Source: Cyclobacteriaceae bacterium SS2 | GTDB taxonomy: Bacteria; Bacteroidota; Bacteroidia; Cytophagales; Cyclobacteriaceae | Reading direction: 5' to 3' | Assembly: GCA_019192515.1 (NCBI GenBank) | Contig: JAHCMM010000115.1 | Location: 1 to 56,007 of the forward strand | DNA length: 56,007 nt | Shown: in pieces, positions 9,875-16,858 of the stretch | How the letters are laid out: each line of letters starts with the position of its first letter | Position numbering within the stretch: position 1 is the first letter of the stretch | The notes under the pieces: model-generated | Told to the model about the DNA's origin: nothing | Seen by the model: only the letters and a program-made list of their open reading frames with translations | The model's database searches: none | Translations under genes and position numbers: made by a program

Positions 9875-10360
9875 ATGAGCGCAGAATCGATTGATTTCAA
9901 GAATTTAACCATCCGTACAGACTATAAGCCGGGCGACATGGCCTATATGCTGTATATGCACTCCAGGTTTTACGATTTCGGTTTTCACTTTGAGATGTAT
10001 GTGGCTGAGTCGCTACTGGAATTTGTCCGAAATCTTGATGCTGAAAAGGAGTGCATCTGGATAGCTGAAGATCAGGGAAAGATTGTCGGGACTATCGCAT
10101 TAAAGAATACAGATGGACAAGCCCAGCTTCGTTATTTTCTGATCGATCCGGAATACCGGGGCAGAGGCCTAGGACGATTTCTGATCAACCAGTTCATGAC
10201 TTTTCTAAAGAAAAGCGATTATCAATCCTCGTTTCTACTCACGGAGAATTCCCTCGACACTGCCCTGCACCTATACAAGTCCTATGGCTTCAGCTTTGTC
10301 TCTTCCAGGGAAACCAATTATGGGTTGGTGGAGAGCAGGTATGAGTTAGCGGTTGGGTGA
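9875..10360 (+). CDS. GNAT-family N-acetyltransferase
   Basis: 161 aa. Acetyl-CoA motif A in LIDPEYRGRGLGRFLINQ. Starts 12 nt after ggt. Confidence 0.8.
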   Translation: MSAESIDFKNLTIRTDYKPGDMAYMLYMHSRFYDFGFHFEMYVAESLLEFVRNLDAEKECIWIAEDQGKIVGTIALKNTDGQAQLRYFLIDPEYRGRGLGRFLINQFMTFLKKSDYQSSFLLTENSLDTALHLYKSYGFSFVSSRETNYGLVESRYELAVG

Positions 10361-10492
10361 GATTTATGCAAAATATGTTAAAACAAGCTAGTAAACGATT
10401 GGAAGAAAATGTTAAAATAGGCTTGTTTCCTGTTCAGCATTTAACACAACCAATCACTTTTTTCAGAATAATTTAACTAAAGGAAAAAACTG

Positions 10493-10523
10493 TTTGCAAT
10501 AGTCACAAACTATGCTACATTTG
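10493..10523 (+). promoter_or_regulatory. Bacteroidota-type promoter (-33 TTTG, -7 TACATTTG) for the tRNA-Val transcript
   Basis: TTTG at 10493-10496 and TAcaTTTG at 10516-10523, with a 19-nt spacer. This matches the TTTG / TAnnTTTG consensus described for Bacteroides and Flavobacterium sigma-A promoters. Confidence 0.55.
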
Positions 10524-10649
10524 CAGTCCGAATTTTTCGGGTTCAGGCTATAAACAGCCAAAATGAGACCGAAATATAAGGGCTCTTAGCTTCCGCCTTC
10601 ACGCTGTTTCGGCGGACAGGCACTTCGCCAAGAGCCACTTGAAAAATTT

Positions 10650-10724
10650 GGGCTCTTAGCTCAGTTGGTTCAGAGCACCTGCCTTACAAGCAGGGGGTCA
10701 ATGGTTCGAATCCATTAGGGCCCA
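10650..10724 (+). tRNA. tRNA-Val (anticodon TAC)
   Basis: Cloverleaf read by hand. Acceptor GGGCTCT/AGGGCCC, D arm GCTCAGTTGGTTCAGAGC, anticodon arm CCTGC-CTTACAA-GCAGG, T arm AATGG-TTCGAAT-CCATT, discriminator A. CCA is not encoded. Confidence 0.93.
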
Positions 10725-10735
10725 CTAAAGGATGG

Positions 10736-10770
10736 AATCCCGTTTGCAAAGCAAACGGGATTTTTTGTTT
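10736..10770 (+). terminator. intrinsic terminator of tRNA-Val
   Basis: AATCCCGTTTGC-AAA-GCAAACGGGATT is a 12-bp perfect stem, followed by TTTTGTTT. Confidence 0.85.
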
Positions 10771-10823
10771 AATGCCGAGCCAATCTTGATTGAGCGAGGG
10801 CATGGAACAAAAAATTACCATTC

Positions 10824-10907
10824 GACGGAGGAGAATGGGATTCCATTTAGACTTCGGAGTTGACATGGATCACCATAGGTAATCCATCAATTCGTTTATG
10901 TTGGTGA
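10824..10907 (+). repeat. 84-bp repeat core, copy A (three predicted hairpins)
   Basis: Identical to 11100-11183 except for 3 transitions, at core positions 35, 52 and 72. Contains AATGG-GATT-CCATT, ACT-TCGG-AGT and ATGGATCACC-ATA-GGTAATCCAT. Confidence 0.9.
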
Positions 10908-10928
10908 CAACACAGTGACAACACCAAC
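10900..10928. repeat. 29-nt palindromic/tandem element GTTGGTG ACAACACAGTGACAA CACCAAC, copy 1
   Basis: 7-bp inverted termini GTTGGTG/CACCAAC. Internally it is a tandem duplication GTGACAACAC-A-GTGACAACAC. A second copy lies at 13238-13266. Confidence 0.8.
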
Positions 10929-10989
10929 ATTAAGCTTGAAGCCAATGCAAAGCATTGACAGTTTTCTATTTGCAGGAGTGGTCCCCTAT

Positions 10990-11008
10990 GGATCACCGCA
11001 GGTAATCC
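10990..11008 (+). repeat. third, isolated copy of the GGATCACC-NNA-GGTAATCC hairpin
   Basis: GGATCACC GCA GGTAATCC. The stem is the same as in copies A and B, and only the triloop differs (ATA, GCA, GTA). Confidence 0.7.
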
Positions 11009-11099
11009 CTTTCAAGATTCTGATGGCTTGTGAGCCACAAGCCATGGGTAAGGTGTCAACTTGTCTGCCGATAGGCAGAAACAAACATTAAGTTTGATT

Positions 11100-11183
11100 G
11101 ACGGAGGAGAATGGGATTCCATTTAGACTTCGGGGTTGACATGGATCACCGTAGGTAATCCATCAATTCGCTTATGTTGGTGA
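11100..11183 (+). repeat. 84-bp repeat core, copy B
   Basis: 81 of 84 positions identical to 10824-10907, as a direct repeat with a 276-bp period. Confidence 0.9.
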
Positions 11184-11303
11184 TACCCTGTCTGATCGAT
11201 AGGCAGACACAATAATATCAATTCTGATACCATAACAAGCGCTTTTGTAATTAACGGCAGATGCTTTACTTTAGGTCTAAATAGATACCCATAATTAGAC
11301 CTG

Positions 11304-13175
11304 ATGAATCTACTCAAAGCAATTCCGATAGTTTTGATTTTTCCATTGTGTGCTCAGACATTCACAGACAGAGAGCTCAAAACAACTATTGATGAAGTCA
11401 CCATTTACTTACAGGGAGGCCTGGTAACAAGAAGTGGTAAACTACAGATCCCCTCAGGAAAGTCATTGTTGCGGGTTAAGTCTCTTTCCCCTCACATAGA
11501 TGCGAAGAGTATTCAGGTTAAAGCAATTGGTGATTTCACGGTCTTATCTGTAAATCATAAGATAAATTATCATGACGAGTTGCAGAAAGATGACAGAATC
11601 AAAAGTTTGCTTCTGAAAAGAGAGGAAATAGCGCTAGACATTGCTAAAAGTGAAGCACGGTTGGAAGTTCTTGTTGAGAAGCAAAGTCTATTGAATGAAA
11701 ACAAAAACCTTGGAGGACAAAACTCAGGTGCTTCACTTGCCCAGATAAAGCAAGCCATTGATTTCTATGACAAAGAGCTAACAAGCATCAAAGCCGAAGA
11801 GATCAGTACCAAGACCAAGCTTAAACGTCTCAATGAACAAAGGAATCGAATAGATCGGGAAGTTACAGATGTACAAAATCAGAAAGAATTACCTACTGGT
11901 GAAATTGAAATTAGGGTTGAAGCCAATTCTATAACAACAGGTGAGTTTGAAATAAGTTACCTGGTTGGTAACACTGGTTGGTATCCCAAATATGACATCA
12001 GGGTAACGAGTATTGATCGACCTCTGGTGCTAAACTATAAGGCAGACATCTATCAAAATACCGGTGTAGACTGGGAGGAAGTAAAGTTGAAATTATCCAA
12101 TGGTGATCCAAATCTAAGTGGTGTTGCCCCGGAATTGGACACATGGTATTTGAACTATGCCAGGAATACCGTAGTAAGCAGGTCTAATGGCGTGATCTCT
12201 AATGCTGTTCGAAATATATCAGGTAAAGTTTTAGATCAGGATGGTGAACCGCTTCCGGGTGCTACAATAATTGTAAAAGGCACCACAATAGGCACTGTTA
12301 CTGATTTGGAAGGGAATTACTCACTTACCCTTCCCAATGGAGCAACACACCTGGATGTTTCTTATATAGGTTTTAGCTCTAAAGAAGTTGCAATTACTTC
12401 AGAAAGTCTGAATATCAGGATGGATCCGGATATGACAGAGCTGGAAGAAGTTGTGGTAGTTGGGTATAGTGGAGCGAATAGACGAGCATTGACAGGTTCA
12501 GTAAGCGGAGTGAATCGAAGCCGACCAAAACCAGCAGAAGTCATTACAACCACTACAATTGAAAATCAAACAACAGTTGAGATTGAAGTTGATGATCCAT
12601 ATTCTGTTAAATCAAATGGTGAAAAGCTATCCGTGAATCTCAGGGAGTTTGAAATCGAAACCTTGTACCAGTATTATGCTATTCCAAAACTTGATAAAGA
12701 TGCTTTTCTCATCGCGAGAATTGTGGATTGGAACCAATATAACCTTCTTGAGGGTGAAGCTAATTTGTATTTTGAGGATCGGTTTGTTGGCAGATCTATT
12801 CTCGATGCCAGGTCTTTGGAAGATACGTTGGATATCTCATTAGGGAGAGATAAGAGTATTGTAATAGGCAGGGAGAAAGTAGATGATTATACGAAAAGAA
12901 GAACATTGGGGGCTAATAAGATCGAAAGCAGAGGTTTTAAGATCCTGGCTCGAAACAATAAATCCCAATCAGTCAAACTAACTTTATTGGATCAAATACC
13001 CATAGCGGCAATCAGTGATATTTCTATTACGGCCACTGAGCTATCAGCTGGCAAATTAAATGAGAAGACTGGCGAGGTGATTTGGGAGCTTGAGTTGAGC
13101 CCGAAGCAACAAGCTGATTTTCAACTTGGCTACGAAGTGAAGTATCCAAAATATGAAAAGGTTTATCTGGAGTAG
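11304..13175 (+). CDS. DUF4140/DUF4139 (MuiA-like) protein with an embedded SusC-type CarboxypepD_reg segment
   Basis: 623 aa. Signal peptide, a coiled-coil region, GWYPKYDIR and C-terminal DUF4139-like strands. Residues about 305-405 read ISGKVLDQDGEPLPGATIIVKGTTIGTVTDLEGNYSL...LEEVVVVGYSGANRRALTGSVSGV. Confidence 0.7.
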   Translation: MNLLKAIPIVLIFPLCAQTFTDRELKTTIDEVTIYLQGGLVTRSGKLQIPSGKSLLRVKSLSPHIDAKSIQVKAIGDFTVLSVNHKINYHDELQKDDRIKSLLLKREEIALDIAKSEARLEVLVEKQSLLNENKNLGGQNSGASLAQIKQAIDFYDKELTSIKAEEISTKTKLKRLNEQRNRIDREVTDVQNQKELPTGEIEIRVEANSITTGEFEISYLVGNTGWYPKYDIRVTSIDRPLVLNYKADIYQNTGVDWEEVKLKLSNGDPNLSGVAPELDTWYLNYARNTVVSRSNGVISNAVRNISGKVLDQDGEPLPGATIIVKGTTIGTVTDLEGNYSLTLPNGATHLDVSYIGFSSKEVAITSESLNIRMDPDMTELEEVVVVGYSGANRRALTGSVSGVNRSRPKPAEVITTTTIENQTTVEIEVDDPYSVKSNGEKLSVNLREFEIETLYQYYAIPKLDKDAFLIARIVDWNQYNLLEGEANLYFEDRFVGRSILDARSLEDTLDISLGRDKSIVIGREKVDDYTKRRTLGANKIESRGFKILARNNKSQSVKLTLLDQIPIAAISDISITATELSAGKLNEKTGEVIWELELSPKQQADFQLGYEVKYPKYEKVYLE

Positions 13176-13237
13176 TAGCGCCTAGCCCATCATTTCGTGT
13201 TTCTAATTAACAAAAACTGACTCGAGACTCCGTGCAA

Positions 13238-13266
13238 GTTGGTGAAAACACAGTGAAAACACCAAC
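13238..13266. repeat. 29-nt palindromic/tandem element, copy 2 (GTTGGTG AAAACACAGTGAAAA CACCAAC)
   Basis: Same element as 10900-10928, with the same C-to-A change in both internal half-repeats. It lies 63 nt after the DUF4139 stop. Confidence 0.8.
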
Positions 13267-13359
13267 TTGGGCCCTAAATCAGGGAGTGAATAATCAACTT
13301 TGTAGCTTTGCCACAGGTTATCCACTTTGGTCCTAAGAGAGTAATTGAAAATATGTGGC

Positions 13360-13800
13360 ATGAGAAAAGTAATTTCGATAATTTTTATTGTTGAGCTAGT
13401 TAGCTTATGCTTCATGCTTTTTTATAAGCGAGTAACACAAGAAGATTCAAACATAATATTACCATTCATTGGTATATTCTACTTATTCTGGGGGTCCATT
13501 GGAATTGTAGGAGTCCATATAAAAAATAAGATTGGGTTAATACTTTCCTTAAACTTTCAATATCTGATGCTATTTGCATGCGGAGTTTATTTTACAGTAG
13601 AAAATGAATTCTCCTGGAGGTCATTACTTTGGGTAATTATTACCATCATTACCCTGTTTTCTTTATTGAAATTGAATGGTAAAGAAATCCGGACTTTTTA
13701 TAGTATACGAAGGTCTCCAGTTGTGCAGAACATATTGGCTTTGACATTTATGCTATTTTTAATTGCATTTATTTTCATTTTTTTTATGTCTACTGAATGA
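13360..13800 (+). CDS. small hypothetical membrane protein
   Basis: About 146 aa from the ATG at 13360 (the track ORF starts at a TTG at 13345). Four hydrophobic segments. No family recognised. Confidence 0.4.
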   Translation: MRKVISIIFIVELVSLCFMLFYKRVTQEDSNIILPFIGIFYLFWGSIGIVGVHIKNKIGLILSLNFQYLMLFACGVYFTVENEFSWRSLLWVIITIITLFSLLKLNGKEIRTFYSIRRSPVVQNILALTFMLFLIAFIFIFFMSTE

Positions 13801-13853
13801 GATTTTCATAACCTTATTGATGAAGATCGTTTCTTACCTGGCCCGTAAATTAT

Positions 13854-14759
13854 ATGATGAACCCAAACATTCTCGTCATCGGTAGCAGCAATACCGACAT
13901 GGTCACGCTATCGGACCGGCTGCCTAAACCCGGGGAAACGGTCATCGCCAAAGAATTCTACATTGCACAAGGAGGGAAGGGTGCTAACCAGGCAGTGGCT
14001 GCGGCACGACTGGGTGGTGAGGTAACGTTTGTGGCGAAAGTGGGAAATGATGACTTTGGCAGGCAGGCGATTGCGGGTTACCAAAAGGATGGAATCAATA
14101 CGGATCTGATGACCCAGGATTCTGATGCCCCTACCGGAACAGCCCTGATCAATATTGATGCAACAGGTGAGAATATGATCGTGGCCACGATGGGAGCCAA
14201 CGCCAGACTTTCCATAAAAGACGTTGAGAAAAGCCTCGATCAAATGAAATCTGCAAAAGTGGTTTTATCTCAACTGGAGATCCCGCTTGAAACGACACTT
14301 TATGCAGCAAAGCAAGCCACGGAACTGGGAATACCGTTCATCCTTAATCCAGCCCCTCCCAACACACTATCAGATGAGCTGATTGCCTTGTGCACCTACA
14401 TCATACCCAATGAAACGGAAGCCAGTTATTTCTCCGGGGTTACCTTAAAAAGTGATCTAGACATCCAACATGCCGGCCAATACTTTATCCAAAAAGGTGC
14501 GGAGAATGTGATCATCACCCTAGGTGCCAGGGGTGCATTTTTACACAATGACAGGACTTCACAATTTATTACTGCGCCTACAGTAAAAGCTGTGGATACT
14601 GTAGGTGCAGGCGACGTTTTTTGTGGAGCTTTTACCCTGGCTATTGCAGAAGGGAAACCAGCTTCTGAAGCTGTTCGCTTTGCCAATAGATCTGCATCGC
14701 TAGCTGTGACCCGAAAAGGTGTTCAGGGAGGTATTCCTTATCGAAAGGAGATCGGATAA
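13854..14759 (+). CDS. rbsK: ribokinase
   Basis: 301 aa. GGKGANQAVAAARLG, the NETE motif and DTVGAGDVF, all PfkB/ribokinase signatures. Confidence 0.85.
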   Translation: MMNPNILVIGSSNTDMVTLSDRLPKPGETVIAKEFYIAQGGKGANQAVAAARLGGEVTFVAKVGNDDFGRQAIAGYQKDGINTDLMTQDSDAPTGTALINIDATGENMIVATMGANARLSIKDVEKSLDQMKSAKVVLSQLEIPLETTLYAAKQATELGIPFILNPAPPNTLSDELIALCTYIIPNETEASYFSGVTLKSDLDIQHAGQYFIQKGAENVIITLGARGAFLHNDRTSQFITAPTVKAVDTVGAGDVFCGAFTLAIAEGKPASEAVRFANRSASLAVTRKGVQGGIPYRKEIG

Positions 14760-14932
14760 TAGCTGACTTTTTTTGGCTTATGCAAGCTCTTGGAACCATT
14801 AATCAGGAAGCTTTGATCAATCCGGGGTGTGTTGAGTAACCATACTTTTACCACAGGTTTATATGACTGTTATCTTAGTCGTATTCACTTGGTTATTTTT
14901 TGATTTCTCCCTAAAATAGCCCAGATTAGTTT

Positions 14933-15598
14933 TTGCGAATTTCTCAACAACCCATGCAATTCCAGCCAAAATCCTTAAATGATCTTAATCATTCCCCTGA
15001 TGAAAAAAGGGAATTTCAATTTTCAAATGATCTGGAATGTTGGCAAGCATTCAAAAGGGGAAATGAAGCAGCTTTCATCCATATTTATAAACAGTATTTC
15101 AAAAGACTGCTAGACTATAGTGCTCAGTACACCTTGAATAAAGAGCTGGTTTTGGATTGTATTCAGGATATTTTCGTTGAACTGCGAAAAAATCGCAAAA
15201 ACTTGTCTGACACCAATTCCATTTTGAAGTACCTGCTCATATCGCTTAAAAGAAAGATTATATATAGGCTGAACCAGGCTAAATCTCTGGATTTAAGACA
15301 TCAGAAGGTAGAGCGTTTTGAAATAGAATATTCAGCTGAAGATTATATAGTAAATCGGCAAATATCTGAAGAGAGAAACGACAGGATCAAGCATGCTTTA
15401 TCGCAACTTTCAGAACGTCAGCGTGAAGCGATCTATTGTTTTTATTATCAGAATATGAACTATAAAGATGTGGCCGATGTCATGGATTTGTCCAGCACTA
15501 AATCTGCTCGCAATCTCATCTACAAAGCTCTTGGAAAGTTGAAGATAAGTCTGGTTGTAGATGTATTTGCCTTAATTTCTATGATCCATTTTGTTTAA
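14933..15598 (+). CDS. ECF-type RNA polymerase sigma-70 factor
   Basis: 221 aa. Region 2 FIHIYKQYFKRLLDY and region 4 LSERQREAIYCFYYQNMNYKDVADVMDLS. The start is uncertain (TTG at 14933 or ATG at 14954). Confidence 0.8.
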   Translation: MRISQQPMQFQPKSLNDLNHSPDEKREFQFSNDLECWQAFKRGNEAAFIHIYKQYFKRLLDYSAQYTLNKELVLDCIQDIFVELRKNRKNLSDTNSILKYLLISLKRKIIYRLNQAKSLDLRHQKVERFEIEYSAEDYIVNRQISEERNDRIKHALSQLSERQREAIYCFYYQNMNYKDVADVMDLSSTKSARNLIYKALGKLKISLVVDVFALISMIHFV

Positions 15599-15712
15599 AA
15601 AAGGATTTTCCTTCCCATTTGCAGGACCCTGGTGATCGGGGACAAAATTTTTTTCCAATTACATGATGTCGTTTCGGGGGTGTGCTTTCTTATTAGATTA
15701 TAAGAATAGCAA

Positions 15713-16768
15713 ATGAATTACCGCAACTATAAATTAGAAGATTTTCTTACCGACGAAGATTTTAAACAGTGGGTAATCAAGCCGGATGCCGATCGCAATC
15801 ACTTCTGGCAATCCTGGATAGCATCCAATCCGGAGAAAAAAAATATGGTCTACCAGGCTATTGAAATTATTCGGGGGATGAAATTTAGAAGCAGTGAGGA
15901 TTTTAAAGATCACACGGATTTTGATGATCAACTTGAAACAACCCTTGAAGCCATACTACAGGCTGATTTAAGCACAGCGGAGCAAAAAGGAAATCATCGG
16001 ATAAGAATATTTCACGTACTTCCAAAAATTGCTGCTTCATTACTCTTTGTCATCGCCTCAGCAGCATTCTTCTATTACATCACGACTTCTTCAGAAAAGG
16101 CCGAAACTGTGGCCAATACCGCTACCACAATAAAGGAAAATCCTGCTGGACAAAGATCCACATTGCGTTTGCCGGATGGTACCGTGGTCAACCTAAATTC
16201 ATCCAGTTCCATCACCTATCAGGAGCCATTCACAGATTCTGTAAGATATGTTGAATTGGTAGGTGAGGCATTTTTTGAAGTTGCCCACGATCCGAGCAAA
16301 CCTTTTATTGTGGCCTCCGGTACAGTGAAAACTGTAGCACTGGGCACATCTTTCAATGTGCGGGCTTTTCAAAGTGAACAGGACATCAGGATCTCACTTG
16401 CTACTGGAAAAGTCAAAGTCAAAATCCAGGGTAAATCCTCTGAAAAAGAAACTTTGTTAGAACCTGGCCAGCAGTTAGCCTATGACAAAGTATTAGAAAC
16501 ACAGGAAAAGAAGGAGTTCGACGAATTACTCGATTTAGGTTGGAAAGATGGCGTCATGGTGTTTGAAGATGCTGATCTGGATGAGTTCATAGCCACAGTT
16601 GAGCGTTGGTACGGCGTCACCTTTGAGGTAACAGGTACTCAAACAAGCAGATGGCATATAGAGGGAAAATTTGACAATGAAACCTTAAAGGAAATTATGG
16701 AAGGCTTGAGTTTCACCTACAACATACAGTATGAAATGGAAGGAAAAAAAGTAAAAATAAAGTTATGA
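15713..16768 (+). CDS. FecR-family anti-sigma factor
   Basis: 351 aa. One central TM segment, a FecR domain with LPDGTVVNLNSSSSITY, and a C-terminal DUF4974-like region. Confidence 0.85.
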   Translation: MNYRNYKLEDFLTDEDFKQWVIKPDADRNHFWQSWIASNPEKKNMVYQAIEIIRGMKFRSSEDFKDHTDFDDQLETTLEAILQADLSTAEQKGNHRIRIFHVLPKIAASLLFVIASAAFFYYITTSSEKAETVANTATTIKENPAGQRSTLRLPDGTVVNLNSSSSITYQEPFTDSVRYVELVGEAFFEVAHDPSKPFIVASGTVKTVALGTSFNVRAFQSEQDIRISLATGKVKVKIQGKSSEKETLLEPGQQLAYDKVLETQEKKEFDELLDLGWKDGVMVFEDADLDEFIATVERWYGVTFEVTGTQTSRWHIEGKFDNETLKEIMEGLSFTYNIQYEMEGKKVKIKL

Positions 16769-16777
16769 TATGAACCC

Positions 16778-16819
16778 AAAAAAAAACGGATACCCAAAGT
16801 TTAGCGACCGGGTATCCGT
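16778..16819 (-). terminator. orphan intrinsic terminator, functional only in the minus orientation, between fecR and susC
   Basis: On the minus strand: ACGGATACCC-(14 nt)-GGGTATCCGT followed by T9. On the plus strand the run is A9 before the hairpin. No minus-strand gene lies within 6 kb upstream of it. Confidence 0.5.
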
Positions 16820-16858
16820 GTACAGTTAACAAAAATATGTTATTAAAAACCCAAAATT

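Noticed and set aside
10366-10476. 36-aa ORF MQNMLKQASKRLEENVKIGLFPVQHLTQPITFFRII directly after the GNAT gene
   Set aside because: It is below any reasonable length threshold, shows no motif, and sits in the region that contains the tRNA promoter. I cannot support it from sequence alone.
10824-11183. Possible CRISPR array or integron attC sites
   Set aside because: There are only two long (84-bp) repeats with a 276-bp period, and no cas genes, so this is not CRISPR-like.

The 29-nt palindrome reads 5' GTTGG...CCAAC 3'. That is the reverse of the RYYYAAC...GTTRRRY arrangement of attC, and no integron integrase is present.
10684-11317. Track ORFs 10684-10866 (-) and 11123-11317 (-). Also a 15-aa mini-ORF MGFHLDFGVDMDH(H/R)R (10835-10882, repeated at 11111-11158) preceded by GGAGGAG.
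   Set aside because: The first ORF overlaps the tRNA-Val gene and its terminator. Both 60-aa ORFs run through the hairpin repeats.

The mini-ORF appears conserved only because it sits in the conserved hairpin stems. The purine run is too close to the ATG to serve as a ribosome-binding site, and Bacteroidota rarely use SD sites. I found no support for coding.
10361-13344. Genomic island or integrative element inserted at tRNA-Val
   Set aside because: There are partial tRNA-like duplications and flanking repeats. However, the window contains no integrase, transposase, excisionase or phage gene, and the only enclosed gene is a Bacteroidota-typical DUF4139 protein. At most this is an old scar, so I report it under the repeat findings only.
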